Sequence record: SRR20825010_448
Strand: one strand, 5' to 3'
Length of the DNA stretch: 46,608 bases
The notes beneath the pieces were generated by a model. That model saw only the letters and a program-made list of their open reading frames with translations. It made no database searches and was not told where the DNA came from. The position numbers and the translations under genes are program-made. Shown here piece after piece: positions 18,510-30,861 of the stretch (its first letter is position 1; every line of letters starts with the position of its first letter).

Positions 18510-18683
18510 CAATCGTCGGTCCCCGCTTGTCCGCTAGTCTGGATGTCCGTATAAGTTTGTGGGGTTGTGCGGAAATACTGTAGTGATGGTCTCGCTTGAA
18601 TTAAAGGGGCCCATCCGATCCGTCTGTGGTGTGAATTCGTGCGCTGTTGAGAACAGCGCTTCAGAGGTGAGGTAGAAAGTTCA

Positions 18684-18911
18684 TTGACGCCGGAACAAAT
18701 CGATACCCTGCTGGAAACCATCCCCGACGCCCGTGACGGTCTCACCCGCACGGAGCGGATCATTCTCTATGTGTTACACGAAACCCAGCATGAGTTAAAA
18801 GGTCGTAACGTGCCAACGGTTATGCTCTATGGCCGGGTGGTGGAATACGTCAACATCAGCGAAGCGGAGCTCCATGTCTATCTGGACAGGTTGGGTGTGA
18901 GGGGCGGCTGA
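18684..18911 (+). CDS. Small hypothetical protein resembling the GyrA/ParC N-terminal winged helix
   Basis: 75-aa ORF fills the MFS-nuoA gap, with GAGGTGAGG upstream of a TTG start. IPDARDGL...RIILY matches the topoisomerase IIA motif LPDVRDGL...RRVLY. Confidence 0.7.
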   Translation: MTPEQIDTLLETIPDARDGLTRTERIILYVLHETQHELKGRNVPTVMLYGRVVEYVNISEAELHVYLDRLGVRGG

Positions 18912-18946
18912 GTTGCCCCAGGTCATTGATTTTCGCCGTTCATTAT

Positions 18947-18975
18947 TTGCGCAAACGCTAATCCACTGTTAGGTT
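18947..18975 (+). promoter_or_regulatory. Candidate sigma70 promoter of the nuo operon
   Basis: TTGCGC (18947-52), 17-nt spacer, extended -10 TG-n-TAGGTT (18967-75). The -35 lies within the palindrome tttgcgcaaa. Confidence 0.45.
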
Positions 18976-19014
18976 TCTAGTCAGGGCTTCATCCTGAATT
19001 CATAGGGAGAGCGC

Positions 19015-19431
19015 ATGGCAGACACCGTCACTGACTTGCTGGTCCGCTACTGGGCCACCGGCTTCTTCATCGTTGCCACATTGGGCCTTTGTGCCTTTAT
19101 GGTGGGTGCCTCCAGCTTGCTTGGAGGGCGTAGCCGGGGTGTCAGCAAATCCCTCCCTTTCGAGTCCGGCATCGTCGGCACCGGTGATGCCAGACAACGC
19201 TTTTCCGTCAAGTTTTATCTGGTCGCGATGCTGTTCGTGATCTTCGATATCGAAGCCGTGTTCCTGTTTGCCTGGGCCATTGTCATTCCCGACGTGGGCT
19301 GGACAGGATTCTGGGGCGCGGCGGTTTTTATCCTGATTCTGCTGGCCGGTCTGCTCTATGACAGTCGTACCGGTGCCCTGGACTGGGCCCCGGAATCATC
19401 CAGCGGTAGACCTCGTAGTCCGGCAGGCTGA
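19015..19431 (+). CDS. nuoA: NADH-quinone oxidoreductase subunit A
   Basis: [20 protein letters not shown] and GALDW; GGGAG RBS. Confidence 0.95.
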   Translation: MADTVTDLLVRYWATGFFIVATLGLCAFMVGASSLLGGRSRGVSKSLPFESGIVGTGDARQRFSVKFYLVAMLFVIFDIEAVFLFAWAIVIPDVGWTGFWGAAVFILILLAGLLYDSRTGALDWAPESSSGRPRSPAG

Positions 19432-19503
19432 TTCAACGCACCCGATTACGGCGCGGGCCAACGGTGATTTCGCTGTTGGGACCAGCGCCCATGGAGGCGC
19501 AGC

Positions 19504-20181
19504 ATGTCCTACACACTGACCAGAGCGGAACCTTCGCCGGACGGTGACACGCAATACCCGGTACGGCAACAGGAACCGTCGGAAGATCCGGTGAAACGCC
19601 AGCTTGAACGCAATGTGTTCACCGGCAAGCTGAGCGACGTTCTCAATTCCGCGGTCAACTGGGGCCGCAAGAATTCCCTTTGGCCCTACAACTTCGGGCT
19701 GTCCTGCTGCTACGTGGAAATGACCACGGCCTTCACCGCGCCCCACGACATTGCCCGTTTCGGCTCCGAAGTTATCCGCGCATCGCCCCGACAGGCGGAT
19801 TTCATGGTGATTGCCGGCACCTGCTTCATCAAGATGGCACCGGTGATCCAGCAACTGTACGACCAGATGCTGGAGCCCAAGTGGGTAATCTCCATGGGCT
19901 CATGCGCAAACTCCGGCGGTATGTACGACATCTACTCGGTGGTGCAGGGCGTCGACAAGTTCCTGCCAGTGGATGTGTATGTGCCCGGTTGCCCGCCCCG
20001 GCCAGAGGCCTTTCTGCAGGGGTTGCAGTTGCTGCAGGACTCCATCCAGGAAGAACGCCGCCCGCTGTCCTGGGTGGTGGGCGATCAGGGGGTCTATCGG
20101 GCGGAGATGCCGTCCCAGCGTGAAAAATGGCGGGACCAGCGCATCCAGGCCACCGAACTGAGAACGCCGGACAAACTGTGA
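19504..20181 (+). CDS. nuoB: NADH-quinone oxidoreductase subunit B
   Basis: [10 protein letters not shown] (N2 ligands), [10 protein letters not shown] and PGCPPRPEA. Confidence 0.97.
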   Translation: MSYTLTRAEPSPDGDTQYPVRQQEPSEDPVKRQLERNVFTGKLSDVLNSAVNWGRKNSLWPYNFGLSCCYVEMTTAFTAPHDIARFGSEVIRASPRQADFMVIAGTCFIKMAPVIQQLYDQMLEPKWVISMGSCANSGGMYDIYSVVQGVDKFLPVDVYVPGCPPRPEAFLQGLQLLQDSIQEERRPLSWVVGDQGVYRAEMPSQREKWRDQRIQATELRTPDKL

Positions 20182-21938
20182 CAAACGCAACGATGACGAC
20201 AGGCACCGCTGACTTCGAGAGCCTGCTGGGCGATTTTAGAGAGGATGTACTGCATGTACAGCCCACGCTGACGGGCATGCCCGTATTCTGGGTGTCTCGT
20301 GAGAGCATCGTGGATATCCTGACCCACTTGAAGCGGCAGCCAGCGCCATTTTCCATGCTCTATGACCTGTCGGCCGTGGATGAGCGCTTGCGTGGTCACA
20401 GGAACGGTCTGCCAGAGGCTGACTTCACCGTGTTCTACCACTTGCTGTCGGTGGAGCGTAATGAAGACCTGATCCTGAAGGTTGGGCTGCCAGAGAGCGA
20501 TTTGCGGGTGCCCACCGTTAGTAACGTCTTTGCCAATGCCAATTGGTACGAGCGGGAAATCCTGGACATGTTCGGTATCGCCGTCGCCGGACACCCGCAT
20601 CCGGAGCGGATCCTGATGCCGCCGACCTGGACAGGCCACCCACTGCGGAAGGATTACCCTGCCCGGGCCACCGAGTTTGACCCCTATACCCTGACCGTGG
20701 AAGGCCAGGATGCAGAACAGGAAGCCATGAGGTTCGACCCGGAAGCCTGGGGCATGCAGCGTGAACGCGACGGGGCGGAGTTCATGTTCCTCAACCTGGG
20801 GCCCAATCACCCGTCCGCCCACGGGGCTTTTCGCATTGTGCTGCAACTGGACGGTGAGGAAATTGTTGATTGTGTACCGGACATTGGCTACCACCATCGG
20901 GGCGCCGAGAAAATGGCCGAGCGCCAGTCGTGGCACAGCTTTATTCCCTACACCGATCGCATTGATTACACCGGTGGCGTGATGAACAACCTGCCTTATG
21001 TGCTGGCCGCAGAAAAACTGGCCGGTATTGAGGTGCCGGAAAGGGTAAAGGTGATTCGGGTGATGATGGCCGAGATGTTCCGCATCACCAGCCATCTGTT
21101 GTTCCTCGGGACCTACCTGCAGGATCTGGGGGCCATGACGCCGGTGTTCTACACCTTCAGCGACCGGCAGCGGGGCTATGAGGTGATCGAGGGCATTACC
21201 GGTTTTCGCATGCATCCGGCCTGGTACCGCATTGGCGGTGTTATGCAGGACCTGCCTCAGGGTTGGGAAAAACTGGTGCAGGGCTTTCTGGACTGGATGC
21301 CCGCACGTCTGAAGGAATACGAGCGGGCGATGATGGAAAACGCCATCGTGCGCGAGCGGACCCGCCATGTGGCGGCCTTCAATACAGCCCAGGCACTGGA
21401 GTGGGGAGTGACCGGGCCTAACCTGCGGGCTACCGGCTGCGATTTTGATTTGCGTAAGCAGCGGCCTTACTCCGGTTACGAACAGTTCGATTTTGAGGTG
21501 CCGCTGGGTCACAACGGGGATGTGTTCGACCGGGGTCAGTTGCGTATTGATGAAATGCGCCAGAGCCTTCGAATCATTCAGCAGTGCGTTAACAACATGC
21601 CCACGGGTGACTACAAGGCGGATCATCCGCTGACGACGCCGCCACCCCGGGAACGCATGCTCCAGCACATTGAAACCCTCATTACCCACTTCCTGCAGGT
21701 GTCCTGGGGGCCGGTACTGGAACCCAATGAATCCCTGCAGATGATTGAGGCCACCAAGGGCATCAACAGTTATTACCTGACCAGTGACGGCAACACCATG
21801 AGTTACCGTACCCGCATCCGCACCCCGAGTTTCCCGCACCTGCAGCAGATACCGGCGGTAATGCGCGGAGGCTTTGTGCCGGACCTGATCGCCCACCTGG
21901 GCAGTATCGACTTTGTGATGGCAGACGTGGACCGCTGA
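20178..21938 (+). CDS. nuoC: NADH-quinone oxidoreductase fused subunit C/D
   Basis: NuoC motifs ANWYERE and GHPLRKDYP fused to NuoD motifs [20 protein letters not shown] and [12 protein letters not shown] 20178 overlaps the nuoB stop; ATG 20193 is an alternative start. Confidence 0.95.
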   Translation: MTNATMTTGTADFESLLGDFREDVLHVQPTLTGMPVFWVSRESIVDILTHLKRQPAPFSMLYDLSAVDERLRGHRNGLPEADFTVFYHLLSVERNEDLILKVGLPESDLRVPTVSNVFANANWYEREILDMFGIAVAGHPHPERILMPPTWTGHPLRKDYPARATEFDPYTLTVEGQDAEQEAMRFDPEAWGMQRERDGAEFMFLNLGPNHPSAHGAFRIVLQLDGEEIVDCVPDIGYHHRGAEKMAERQSWHSFIPYTDRIDYTGGVMNNLPYVLAAEKLAGIEVPERVKVIRVMMAEMFRITSHLLFLGTYLQDLGAMTPVFYTFSDRQRGYEVIEGITGFRMHPAWYRIGGVMQDLPQGWEKLVQGFLDWMPARLKEYERAMMENAIVRERTRHVAAFNTAQALEWGVTGPNLRATGCDFDLRKQRPYSGYEQFDFEVPLGHNGDVFDRGQLRIDEMRQSLRIIQQCVNNMPTGDYKADHPLTTPPPRERMLQHIETLITHFLQVSWGPVLEPNESLQMIEATKGINSYYLTSDGNTMSYRTRIRTPSFPHLQQIPAVMRGGFVPDLIAHLGSIDFVMADVDR

Positions 21939-22453
21939 TGATGGCAACAACACCGCAGACACACCAGATTATCGGCACCGACGGGTTCGAACTTCATCCG
22001 GCGGACAAGTCCGCGATGCTCGAAGAGGTGGCGCACTACGAGCAGCCCCAGGCGGCGTGTATTGAGGCCTTGAAAATCGTCCAGCGTCGTCACGGCTGGG
22101 TGCCGGACGGTGCCATTGGCGCCATTGCAAAGGTGCTTGGTATTGGCCCCGCATCGGTAGAAGGTGTGGCGACCTTCTACAGCCTGATTTTCCGTCAGCC
22201 GGTGGGGCGGCATGTGGTGCTGGTTTGTGACAGCAGTTCCTGTTTTCTGAGTGGCTTCGATGAGTTGAAACAGGCGCTGGAGAGCCATCTTGGAATCGAC
22301 TATGGCCAGACAACAGAAGACGGACGGTTCACTCTGCTACCGGTCTGCTGTCTGGGTGCCTGCGATGGCGCGCCGGCGCTGATGATTGACGATGATACCT
22401 ATGGCCCGGTGTCGCCGGACGACCTGCCGGGTCTACTGGAGGGGTACCCATGA
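21938..22453 (+). CDS. nuoE: NADH-quinone oxidoreductase subunit E
   Basis: VATFY, CDSSSC and CCLGACD (N1a ligands). Confidence 0.95.
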   Translation: MMATTPQTHQIIGTDGFELHPADKSAMLEEVAHYEQPQAACIEALKIVQRRHGWVPDGAIGAIAKVLGIGPASVEGVATFYSLIFRQPVGRHVVLVCDSSSCFLSGFDELKQALESHLGIDYGQTTEDGRFTLLPVCCLGACDGAPALMIDDDTYGPVSPDDLPGLLEGYP

Positions 22454-23832
22454 GTGAGTCCATTTCCAGTCAGCGAACATCCGTGCGTTATCGCAGCCGG
22501 CTGTTGCAACCGGAGGCGGACCGTCATCCGGATAGCCATCCGTTGACGTGGCGTCTGCGGGACGACGGCGAAGTGATCTGGCTTGACGAATACCTGCGCA
22601 AGGATGGCTATCAGTCGGTTCGCAAGGCGCTGGACAACGGTGACCCTCAGGCCATCATTGCCACCATGAAAGACGCCAATGTACGAGGTCGTGGCGGTGC
22701 CGGCTTTTCTGCCGGGCTCAAGTGGAGCCTGACCCTGCAGGGCGGCAACATGCCCCGGGGCTACCTGATCTGCAATGCGGACGAAATGGAACCAGGCACC
22801 TTCAAGGACCGCCTGTTGATGGAGCAACAGCCTCATTTGCTGATCGAAGGCATGATACTGGGGGCTTTGGCTAACCATTCCTTTTATGGCTACATCTTTC
22901 TACGCGGTGAATACGTGGAGGCGGCTCGAGTTCTGAACCGCGCTCTGGACGAAGCCCGTGAGGCCGGTTGGCTGGGGGCCGACATCAACGGCAGCGGCTT
23001 TGATTTCGACATTGCCGTGCATACCGGCGCAGGGCGGTATATCTGCGGCGAGGAAACCGCGCTGATCAATTCGCTGGAAGGCAAACGGGCCAACCCTCGG
23101 GCCAAACCGCCTTTTCCAGGCCAATCCGGAGCCTGGGGTAAGCCTTCGGTGGTGAACAATGTGGAAACCCTATGCAACGTGCCGGCTGTGATTCTCAAGG
23201 GTGCAGACTGGTATCAGGCACTTTCCGGTGACCGCACCGACGATGGTGGCAGCAAACTCTATGGCGTGTCCGGCCCGGTGGAAAAGCCAGGCCTGTGGGA
23301 GTTGCCCATGGGGACAACTGGCGCCGAAATCCTCGAGCGGGCAGGGGGCATGCGTGCCAACCGATCACTCAAGGCCTGGCTTCCAGGCGGCGCCAGCACC
23401 GGGTTTCTGTTGCCGGAGCATCTGGAGCTGCCGCTGGATTTCGATACCGTGGGCAAGGAAGGCAGCCGCCTGGGGACGGGGCTGCTGACGGTGGTCCCTC
23501 AGGAACAGAGCATGGTGGCGCTGATGCGCAACCTGGAGGAGTTTTTTGCGCGGGAATCCTGTGGCTGGTGCACTCCCTGTCGGGACGGGCTGCCGTGGAC
23601 GGTCAAACTGCTGCGGGCACTGGAACTGGGGCAGGGTGAAACCGGCGATGTCGAACTACTGGACAAGCTGGCGGCGGACTGCGGGCCAGGGCTGACCTTC
23701 TGCGCCCATGCGCCCGGCGCTGCCATGCCGTTACAGACGGCCCTCAAACACTTCCGGCAGGAGTTTGAGCACGGCGTCAGCAAACCCAGGGGTAAGGCCC
23801 ATCAGGACCCGATTCCGGTGGGAGAAGTCTGA
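22450..23832 (+). CDS. nuoF: NADH-quinone oxidoreductase subunit F
   Basis: [28 protein letters not shown] and [10 protein letters not shown]...FC. Confidence 0.97.
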   Translation: MSESISSQRTSVRYRSRLLQPEADRHPDSHPLTWRLRDDGEVIWLDEYLRKDGYQSVRKALDNGDPQAIIATMKDANVRGRGGAGFSAGLKWSLTLQGGNMPRGYLICNADEMEPGTFKDRLLMEQQPHLLIEGMILGALANHSFYGYIFLRGEYVEAARVLNRALDEAREAGWLGADINGSGFDFDIAVHTGAGRYICGEETALINSLEGKRANPRAKPPFPGQSGAWGKPSVVNNVETLCNVPAVILKGADWYQALSGDRTDDGGSKLYGVSGPVEKPGLWELPMGTTGAEILERAGGMRANRSLKAWLPGGASTGFLLPEHLELPLDFDTVGKEGSRLGTGLLTVVPQEQSMVALMRNLEEFFARESCGWCTPCRDGLPWTVKLLRALELGQGETGDVELLDKLAADCGPGLTFCAHAPGAAMPLQTALKHFRQEFEHGVSKPRGKAHQDPIPVGEV

Positions 23833-23862
23833 GCGAAAGTCACCGAAGGATAGGCAGGCATC

Positions 23863-26577
23863 ATGGCGACGATTCACGTGGATGGACAACGCTATACGGT
23901 CAATGGAGCCCACAACCTGCTCCAGGCGTGTCTGTCCCTCGGCCTGGATATTCCGTATTTCTGCTGGCACCCGGCCATGGGCAGTGTGGGCGCCTGCCGC
24001 CAGTGCGCGGTCAAACAGTACAAGGACAAGGACGACGACAAGGGCATGCTGGTGATGTCCTGTATGACGCCTGCCGCAGACCAGACCCGCATTGATATCG
24101 ACGATGAGGAAGCCAAAGCCTTCCGCGCCAGCGTGGTGGAATGGCTGATGATCAACCACCCACACGACTGCCCGGTGTGTGAAGAGGGCGGGCACTGTCA
24201 CCTGCAGGACATGACGGTGATGACCGGCCATGATCGCCGCCGTTACCGGTTCCGCAAGCGCACACGTCGGAACCAGTATCTGGGGCCGTTCATTGCCCAT
24301 GAGATGAACCGGTGTATTACCTGTTACCGCTGTGTGCGCTTTTACAACGACTACGCCGGTGGTAAGGATCTGGGGGCCTTTGGTGCCAAGGATAATGTCT
24401 ATTTCGGTCGCTACGAAGAAGGCATTCTGGAAAGCCCCTTTGCCGGTAATCTCACGGAAGTATGCCCCACCGGCGTGTTCACGGATCAGAGCCATTCCGA
24501 GCGTTACACCCGCAAGTGGGATCTGCAGTTTGCGCCCGGCATCTGCCACCAGTGTTCAATGGGGTGCAACATCAGCCCAGGGGAGCGATACGGAGAACTG
24601 CGCCGTATTGAAAATCGCTACCACGGTGAGGTGAACGGTTATTTCCTCTGTGATCGGGGCCGGTTCGGCTACGGTTACGTCAACCGCGCAGACCGTCCGC
24701 GGCTGCCGGAATGTCGGGAATCGTCAGACGGTAATCCGGTCAGCCTCGAAGTTGACACCGCACTGGCCCGTATCAGCGATGCCCTGCGTCATTCGCGCCG
24801 TGTGATCGGCATCGGCTCGCCAAGGGCGAGCCTGGAGAGTAATCATCAGTTGCAGGCACTGGTCGGCGTGGATAATTTCTCCACCGGCATTGAGGCTCAG
24901 GAGCAGGCCTGTCTTGACCTGATGAATCACCTGCAGCGCCATGCCGGCCTGCCAACATCCACGCCCCGAGAGGTGGAAGAGCACGACGCCGTGCTGGTTC
25001 TGGGCGAGGACCCGGTCCAGAGTGCCGGTCGTCTGGGCCTGAGCCTTCGTCAGGCGGCCCTGGCACGTCGCGAAACGCTGGGTGAGACCATCGGTGTGCC
25101 TGCCTGGAACGCCGAAGCCCTCAAAACCCTGGCGCAGGATCGTTACCATCCTCTGTTCATCGCCTGGCCCACCGCCACGGACCTGGACGATGTGGCTGCG
25201 GCTCGCTATGCCTTGGCCCCGGATGACATTGCCCGGCTTGGCTTTGCGGTGGCCCATCGGATCGACCCGGCCGCCCCGCCGGCGGAAGGCCTCTCCGAGG
25301 GCATGGCCGACGCAGCTGACGCTATTGCTGCCGCTTTAATGGCGGCAGAACGTCCGCTGGTGGTGAGCGGTGGCTCGTTGGGCTCCGAACCGGTACTGGA
25401 AGCAGCCGGGAACGTGGCCAGAGCATTGTCCCGGCGCGCCAAACGGGGCGGGCTGGCACTGATCCGGCGCGAGGCTAACAGCACGGGCGTGTCTCTGATG
25501 GGCGGCCAACCGCTGGACTGGGCGCTGGAGGAACTGACAAACGGCCACGCGGATGCGGTGGTGGTGCTGGAAAACGACCTCTACCAACGACTGCCCGGGC
25601 AAACGGTGGATGCAGCACTGGCGCAGGCAGAGATCTGCGTGGTGCTTGATCATCAACGCACGGCAACGGCCGGGCGCGCTAACTTCCTGCTTTCTGCGGC
25701 CAGTTTCGCTGAGGCGGACGGTACGCTGGTTAACCTGGAGGGCCGGGCGCAACGCTTCTTCCAGGTATACGATCCAAGTTACATGCGGCCCGAAAGCCGT
25801 ATTCACGAAAGCTGGCGCTGGTTGCACGCACTGGCGGTGAACCTGCATGGCGAGAAGGCTGGTGATATCACCCTGGATACCGTCGTCGCAGCGTGTGTTG
25901 AGGCTCATCCACAGCTGGCGGGAATGGAGGAGGCTGCCCCTGGCTCACACTATCGCATTGATGGTCTGCCGCTGGCGCGGGAGCCCCACCGGTACAGTGG
26001 CCGTACCTCCATGCGGGCGAACCAGAACGTCAGCGAACCTCGGGTGCCGCAGGACCCCGACTCCGCGTTTGCCTATTCCATGGAGGGTTACAGCGGTTAT
26101 CACCAGCCCCGGCAACAGGTACCGTTTGCCTGGGCGCCCGGCTGGAATTCTCCCCAGGCCTGGAACAAGTTTACCGACGAAGTAGGCGGGCATTTGCGTG
26201 GCGGTGACCCCGGCGTGCGTTTGCTGTGCCCGGTCCCGGGCCAGGGCGAATACAGCCTGCCGCCTCAACGGGAGGGAGACTCCCCAGGTTTACGGGCTCT
26301 GATTCTGCCGCGGCTGTTTGGTGGCGAAGAGACGTCCTCGTTGGCTGCACCCATACAGGAACGTACGCAAACGCCCAGTGTCACCCTGAGCCGGGAGGAC
26401 GCTGAACACCTGTCGGTCCGGGGCGGTGACACAGTGACCATTCTTGGGGAAACGCTATCGGTGGTTCAGCAGAATGGCTGGCCCAAAGGCTGGATTGGTC
26501 TTCCCGCCGGGCTGTTTGCCGGGCTGCTTCCGGGAGAGCCAGTCACACTGGATAGCTCCGCCGGAGGTGAGCCATGA
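23863..26577 (+). CDS. nuoG: NADH-quinone oxidoreductase subunit G
   Basis: PYFCWH..GACRQC (N1b), HPHDCPVC..C (N5), [11 protein letters not shown] (N4) and [11 protein letters not shown] (N7). Confidence 0.96.
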   Translation: MATIHVDGQRYTVNGAHNLLQACLSLGLDIPYFCWHPAMGSVGACRQCAVKQYKDKDDDKGMLVMSCMTPAADQTRIDIDDEEAKAFRASVVEWLMINHPHDCPVCEEGGHCHLQDMTVMTGHDRRRYRFRKRTRRNQYLGPFIAHEMNRCITCYRCVRFYNDYAGGKDLGAFGAKDNVYFGRYEEGILESPFAGNLTEVCPTGVFTDQSHSERYTRKWDLQFAPGICHQCSMGCNISPGERYGELRRIENRYHGEVNGYFLCDRGRFGYGYVNRADRPRLPECRESSDGNPVSLEVDTALARISDALRHSRRVIGIGSPRASLESNHQLQALVGVDNFSTGIEAQEQACLDLMNHLQRHAGLPTSTPREVEEHDAVLVLGEDPVQSAGRLGLSLRQAALARRETLGETIGVPAWNAEALKTLAQDRYHPLFIAWPTATDLDDVAAARYALAPDDIARLGFAVAHRIDPAAPPAEGLSEGMADAADAIAAALMAAERPLVVSGGSLGSEPVLEAAGNVARALSRRAKRGGLALIRREANSTGVSLMGGQPLDWALEELTNGHADAVVVLENDLYQRLPGQTVDAALAQAEICVVLDHQRTATAGRANFLLSAASFAEADGTLVNLEGRAQRFFQVYDPSYMRPESRIHESWRWLHALAVNLHGEKAGDITLDTVVAACVEAHPQLAGMEEAAPGSHYRIDGLPLAREPHRYSGRTSMRANQNVSEPRVPQDPDSAFAYSMEGYSGYHQPRQQVPFAWAPGWNSPQAWNKFTDEVGGHLRGGDPGVRLLCPVPGQGEYSLPPQREGDSPGLRALILPRLFGGEETSSLAAPIQERTQTPSVTLSREDAEHLSVRGGDTVTILGETLSVVQQNGWPKGWIGLPAGLFAGLLPGEPVTLDSSAGGEP

Positions 26578-27551
26578 GTTGGTGGACTCCGCAACTGGCT
26601 GCCATCGCCTGGGGGATGTTCCAGGCCCTGGTGATTCTGCTTGGCGCCGTGCTGCTGGGTGCGGCACTCACGGTCGTTGAGCGCCGCCTGCTCGGGCTCT
26701 GGCAGGACCGTTACGGGCCCAATAGGGTCGGTCCGTTTGGCACGCTGCAACTGGTGGCGGACATGATCAAGATCTTCTTCAAGGAGGACTGGATACCACC
26801 GTTTGCCGATCGTCCGCTGTTTGTCCTGGCGCCGGTAATCGCCTTTGCCTCATTGCTGCTGTCGTTTGTCATTATACCCATCACCCCCGGTTGGGGCGTG
26901 GCGGACATGCACATTGGCCTGCTGTTTTTCCTGGCCATGGCCGGCATCAACGTCTACGCGGTGTTGCTCGGGGGCTGGTCCAGCGGTAATAAATACGCGC
27001 TGCTGGGTGCCATGCGGGCGACGGCCCAGACACTGTCCTACGAAGTGTTCATGGGATTGTCGTTGATGGGGGTGGTGGCCATGGCCGGATCGTTCAACCT
27101 GCGGGATATCGTCAACGCCCAGGAAGGTTTCTGGTTCATCATTCCCCAGTTCTTCGGTTTTGCCACCTTCCTGATTGCCGGTATTGCGGTGACTCACCGC
27201 CACCCGTTCGACCAGCCGGAAGCGGAACAGGAACTGGCCGACGGCTACCACATTGAATATTCCGGCATGAAATTCGGCCTGTTTTTCATCGGTGAATACG
27301 TGGGCATGGTGCTGGTATCGGCGCTGATCGTCACACTGTTCTTTGGCGGCTGGCACGGCCCGTGGCTGCCGCCAATCCTGTGGTTTGCGCTCAAGACCGG
27401 CTTCTTCCTGATGCTGTTTATCCTGCTGCGGGCATCGTTGCCCAGGCCCCGGTATGACCGGGTGATGAGCTTTGGCTGGAAGGTGTGCCTGCCCCTCACG
27501 CTGATTAACTTGCTGGCCACGGGGGCGGTCATGCTCCTGGTGGCCGAATAG
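26574..27551 (+). CDS. nuoH: NADH-quinone oxidoreductase subunit H
   Basis: [13 protein letters not shown] and [16 protein letters not shown]. Confidence 0.96.
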   Translation: MSWWTPQLAAIAWGMFQALVILLGAVLLGAALTVVERRLLGLWQDRYGPNRVGPFGTLQLVADMIKIFFKEDWIPPFADRPLFVLAPVIAFASLLLSFVIIPITPGWGVADMHIGLLFFLAMAGINVYAVLLGGWSSGNKYALLGAMRATAQTLSYEVFMGLSLMGVVAMAGSFNLRDIVNAQEGFWFIIPQFFGFATFLIAGIAVTHRHPFDQPEAEQELADGYHIEYSGMKFGLFFIGEYVGMVLVSALIVTLFFGGWHGPWLPPILWFALKTGFFLMLFILLRASLPRPRYDRVMSFGWKVCLPLTLINLLATGAVMLLVAE

Positions 27552-27560
27552 GGAGGACTT

Positions 27561-28130
27561 ATGGAAAGACAAACAGTCCCGATTATCAAACATATGCTCT
27601 GGCTGGTGCCCGCCACCTGGTCGCAATTGCGCACCCTGGGCATGGTGTTCATGCACAGTTTTCGCAAGCGTGAGACGGTGAACTACCCGGAACAACAGGT
27701 TTATCTGCCACCGCGTTACCGCGGCCGCATCGTGCTGACCCGCGATCCGGACGGGGAAGAGCGTTGCGTGGCCTGCAACCTGTGCGCGGTGGCCTGCCCG
27801 GTGGACTGCATTTCCCTGCAGAAGGGCGAGCAGGAAGACGGCCGCTGGTACCCGGAGTTTTTCCGCATCAATTTCTCCCGCTGCATCTTCTGCGGCATGT
27901 GCGAGGAAGCCTGCCCGACGTCAGCCATCCAACTGACACCGGACTTCGAGATGGGCGAGTACGATCGCCAGCAACTGGTCTACGAAAAAGAGGACCTGCT
28001 GATCAACGGTCCCGGCAAGGACCATGACTACCACTTCTACAAGGTGGCCGGCATGGCGATCGGTGGTAAAGACAAGGGGCAGGCCCAGAACGAGGAGGCG
28101 CCGGAAGATGTGCGTTCGCTGTTACCGTAA
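27561..28130 (+). CDS. nuoI: NADH-quinone oxidoreductase subunit I
   Basis: Two CxxCxxCxxxCP motifs; GGAGG RBS. Confidence 0.96.
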   Translation: MERQTVPIIKHMLWLVPATWSQLRTLGMVFMHSFRKRETVNYPEQQVYLPPRYRGRIVLTRDPDGEERCVACNLCAVACPVDCISLQKGEQEDGRWYPEFFRINFSRCIFCGMCEEACPTSAIQLTPDFEMGEYDRQQLVYEKEDLLINGPGKDHDYHFYKVAGMAIGGKDKGQAQNEEAPEDVRSLLP

Positions 28131-28148
28131 GCCGGAGGAGGGTGCCTG

Positions 28149-28691
28149 ATGGAGCTGGCCTTCTATGTCAGCGGACTGGTGGCGGTGTTGGCGACCATTG
28201 GCGTGATCACCGGTACCAGCCCGGTTCATGCGGTGGTCTATCTGATCGTGTCGCTGATCGCCGTGGCACTGGTGTTCTTTGCCCTGGGGGCACCGTTTGC
28301 CGGCGCCCTGGAAATCATCGTGTATGCCGGGGCGATCATGGTGTTGTTTGTGTTCGTGGTGATGATGCTGAACCTGCGGTCGGACGCAGAGCGGGAACCG
28401 TCCTGGCGGAATCCTCGCCACTGGGCAGGACCATCGTTGCTAACGTTGCTGCTTCTGGGTGCCCTGGCGGCCCTGATCGGTCAGGGTGGCATGGGGCAGA
28501 TGATCGGTGGTGAGCTGCTGACCGCACGTGCCGTGGCCCTGACCCTGTTCGGGCCCTGGCTGATGGTGGTGGAGCTGGCCGCCATTCTTTTGCTGGCGGC
28601 CCTGGTGACAGCCTCCCATGTGGGGCGGCGCTCAAACCCCCTTCGAAAGCAGACGACATTGGACAACCGCAACCAGGGAGGCCACTCATGA
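28149..28691 (+). CDS. nuoJ: NADH-quinone oxidoreductase subunit J
   Basis: PVHA and [22 protein letters not shown]. Confidence 0.95.
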   Translation: MELAFYVSGLVAVLATIGVITGTSPVHAVVYLIVSLIAVALVFFALGAPFAGALEIIVYAGAIMVLFVFVVMMLNLRSDAEREPSWRNPRHWAGPSLLTLLLLGALAALIGQGGMGQMIGGELLTARAVALTLFGPWLMVVELAAILLLAALVTASHVGRRSNPLRKQTTLDNRNQGGHS

Positions 28692-28996
28692 CGGGAATTC
28701 CCATGGAGCATGGGCTGATCCTGGCCGCCATCCTGTTCAGCCTGGGGCTGCTGGGGCTGATGCTGCGTCGCAGCATGCTGTTTGTGCTGATGAGCCTGGA
28801 AGTCATGCTTAATTCGGCGGCTCTGGCATTTGTGGTGGGAGCCACAGCCTGGAATCAGCCCGACGGGCAGGCCATGTTCCTGCTGGTCATTACCCTGGCG
28901 GCGGCGGAAGCCAGTGTCGGGCTGGCGCTGATGATCCAGCTTTATCAGCGGTTCCGCTCCTTGAATCTGGATGCCGTTAGCAGGATGCGTGGATGA
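28688..28996 (+). CDS. nuoK: NADH-quinone oxidoreductase subunit K
   Basis: MSLEVMLN and [10 protein letters not shown]. Confidence 0.95.
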   Translation: MTGIPMEHGLILAAILFSLGLLGLMLRRSMLFVLMSLEVMLNSAALAFVVGATAWNQPDGQAMFLLVITLAAAEASVGLALMIQLYQRFRSLNLDAVSRMRG

Positions 28997-30861
28997 TGGC
29001 GATGGCAGTGACTCTTTCGTTTCTGTTGCCTCTGGCGGGCACACTGATCCTGGCGTTCAGCGGCGGACGCCTGGGTGCCTTGGCCAGTTCCGTGGTGGGT
29101 GTCGGTAGCGTCGGGCTGGCGGCGCTGGCCACGGCGTGTGCAATGATGGCTCATTCCGGCGGCAGTGAAGGTATAACCCTTTGGACCTGGATTGCCGTAG
29201 AGGATTTCCAGCCCACCATCGGCCTGGCAGTGGATGGCCTGGCACTGGTGATGATGTCAGTGATTACCGGTGTGGGTTTCCTGATTCATCTGTTCGCCGC
29301 CTGGTACATGACCGGTGAGGAAGGCATTACCCGCTTCTACGCCTGGATGAACCTGTTCGTGTTCAGCATGATGCTGCTGGTGCTGGGAGACAACCTGCTG
29401 CTGTTGTTCCTCGGCTGGGAGGGTGTTGGCCTCTGCAGCTATGGCCTGATCGGCTATTACTACCAGGGCAGCGCTAATGGCTGGGCGGCTTTCAAGGCGT
29501 TCGTGGTAACCCGCATTGGCGACGTGTTCCTGGCGCTCGGGCTGTTCCTGATCTTCATGGAGCTGGGCACACTTGATATCCAGCAATTGCTGGCCCTGGC
29601 ACCGCAGCAGTGGCAGGAAGGCAGTACCACCGCCAACCTGGCGGCGTTGCTGGTACTTGGCGGTGCCCTTGGCAAGTCGGCCCAGGTGCCGCTGCACACC
29701 TGGTTGCCCGACGCCATGGCTGGCCCTACGCCGGTGTCTGCGCTGATCCACGCGGCGACCATGGTTACGGCGGGCGTGTACCTCATTGCCCGGCTCAATG
29801 GCCTGTTCCTGCTGGCCCCGGATGTGCTCCTGCTGGTTGGCGTGATCGGGGCAGTGTCTCTGCTGCTGGCGGCCTTTGCGGCACTGGCCCAGACCGATAT
29901 CAAGCGCGTGCTGGCCTACTCCACCATGAGCCAGATTGGCTATATGTTCGTGGCGTTGGGGGTAGGTGCGTTCGATGCTGCGATTTTCCATCTGGTGACT
30001 CACGCCTTCTTCAAGGCACTGCTGTTCCTGTCAGCCGGGGCAGTGATCATCAGTTGCCACCACGAACAGGACATGCGGCGGCTAGGCGGGCTTTGGCGCA
30101 AGCTGCCCGTGGCTTATGGTGGATTCCTTGTGGGCGGTGCGGCGCTGGTGGCATTGCCACTGGTGTCGGCTGGTTTTTTCAGCAAGGACGAAATCCTGTG
30201 GCAGGCAATGGCGGCTGACCAGACCGGCCTGTTGATCGTTGGATTGCTGGGCGCGGTGTTGACCGGCATCTATACGGTTCGACTGATCCTCGGCACCTTT
30301 CATGGAGCCCCGGAAAGCGATAACGCACGTCATCCGGAGCCCGGCACCAACCCACTGACTCATCACCTGCCGTTGATGATGTTGGCGGTGCTGTCCACCT
30401 TTATCGGCGCCTGGCTCTATCCGGGCCTTAGCGGACTCTTTCCGGACGCACCCGGAGAAGCAGTGGAAACCGGCCACACCCTGCTGCAGGTACTGGCCAT
30501 AGGCGCCGCTGTCGCGGGTTTGCTGCTGGCAGCATGGCTGTTCCTGTGGCGGCGTGACTGGCTTGCAAAACAGGTCGGGCAGGGCATAGGTGCTCGTCTG
30601 TGGACGCTCTGGCACCATGCGTGGGGTTTTGACGCCCTGTTTGACCGGGTACTGGTGCAGCCCTGGCAGTGGATGGTGAAGGTTCTGCGGGTAGATCTGG
30701 TGAACCTGGTGATGAATCTGCCAGCGCTATTGGCGCGTGCGCTTAACGCCGGGCTGGTGAAAAGCCAGAACGGTCGCGTGCGCAGCTACGCTCTGGTGAT
30801 GGTGTTGGGCGCAACAATCATCCTGCTGGCTCTGGCGGTGTTGCCGGGAGGGCTAGCATGA
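28993..30861 (+). CDS. nuoL: NADH-quinone oxidoreductase subunit L
   Basis: [41 protein letters not shown] and HAFFKALLF. Confidence 0.96.
   Translation: MMAMAVTLSFLLPLAGTLILAFSGGRLGALASSVVGVGSVGLAALATACAMMAHSGGSEGITLWTWIAVEDFQPTIGLAVDGLALVMMSVITGVGFLIHLFAAWYMTGEEGITRFYAWMNLFVFSMMLLVLGDNLLLLFLGWEGVGLCSYGLIGYYYQGSANGWAAFKAFVVTRIGDVFLALGLFLIFMELGTLDIQQLLALAPQQWQEGSTTANLAALLVLGGALGKSAQVPLHTWLPDAMAGPTPVSALIHAATMVTAGVYLIARLNGLFLLAPDVLLLVGVIGAVSLLLAAFAALAQTDIKRVLAYSTMSQIGYMFVALGVGAFDAAIFHLVTHAFFKALLFLSAGAVIISCHHEQDMRRLGGLWRKLPVAYGGFLVGGAALVALPLVSAGFFSKDEILWQAMAADQTGLLIVGLLGAVLTGIYTVRLILGTFHGAPESDNARHPEPGTNPLTHHLPLMMLAVLSTFIGAWLYPGLSGLFPDAPGEAVETGHTLLQVLAIGAAVAGLLLAAWLFLWRRDWLAKQVGQGIGARLWTLWHHAWGFDALFDRVLVQPWQWMVKVLRVDLVNLVMNLPALLARALNAGLVKSQNGRVRSYALVMVLGATIILLALAVLPGGLA

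Noticed and set aside
18595-18615. Sigma32-like promoter CTTGAA...CCCAT
   Set aside because: The spacer is only about 9 nt, too short.
18926-18939. FNR/ANR site upstream of nuoA
   Set aside because: Only the TTGAT half-site is present; there is no ATCAA half.
20094-21962. 622-aa minus-strand ORF
   Set aside because: It is antisense to nuoCD with no motifs, typical of a shadow ORF in GC-rich biased codons. The same applies to the other long antisense ORFs, such as 13921-14739, 26850-27695, 32603-33451 and 40215-41132.
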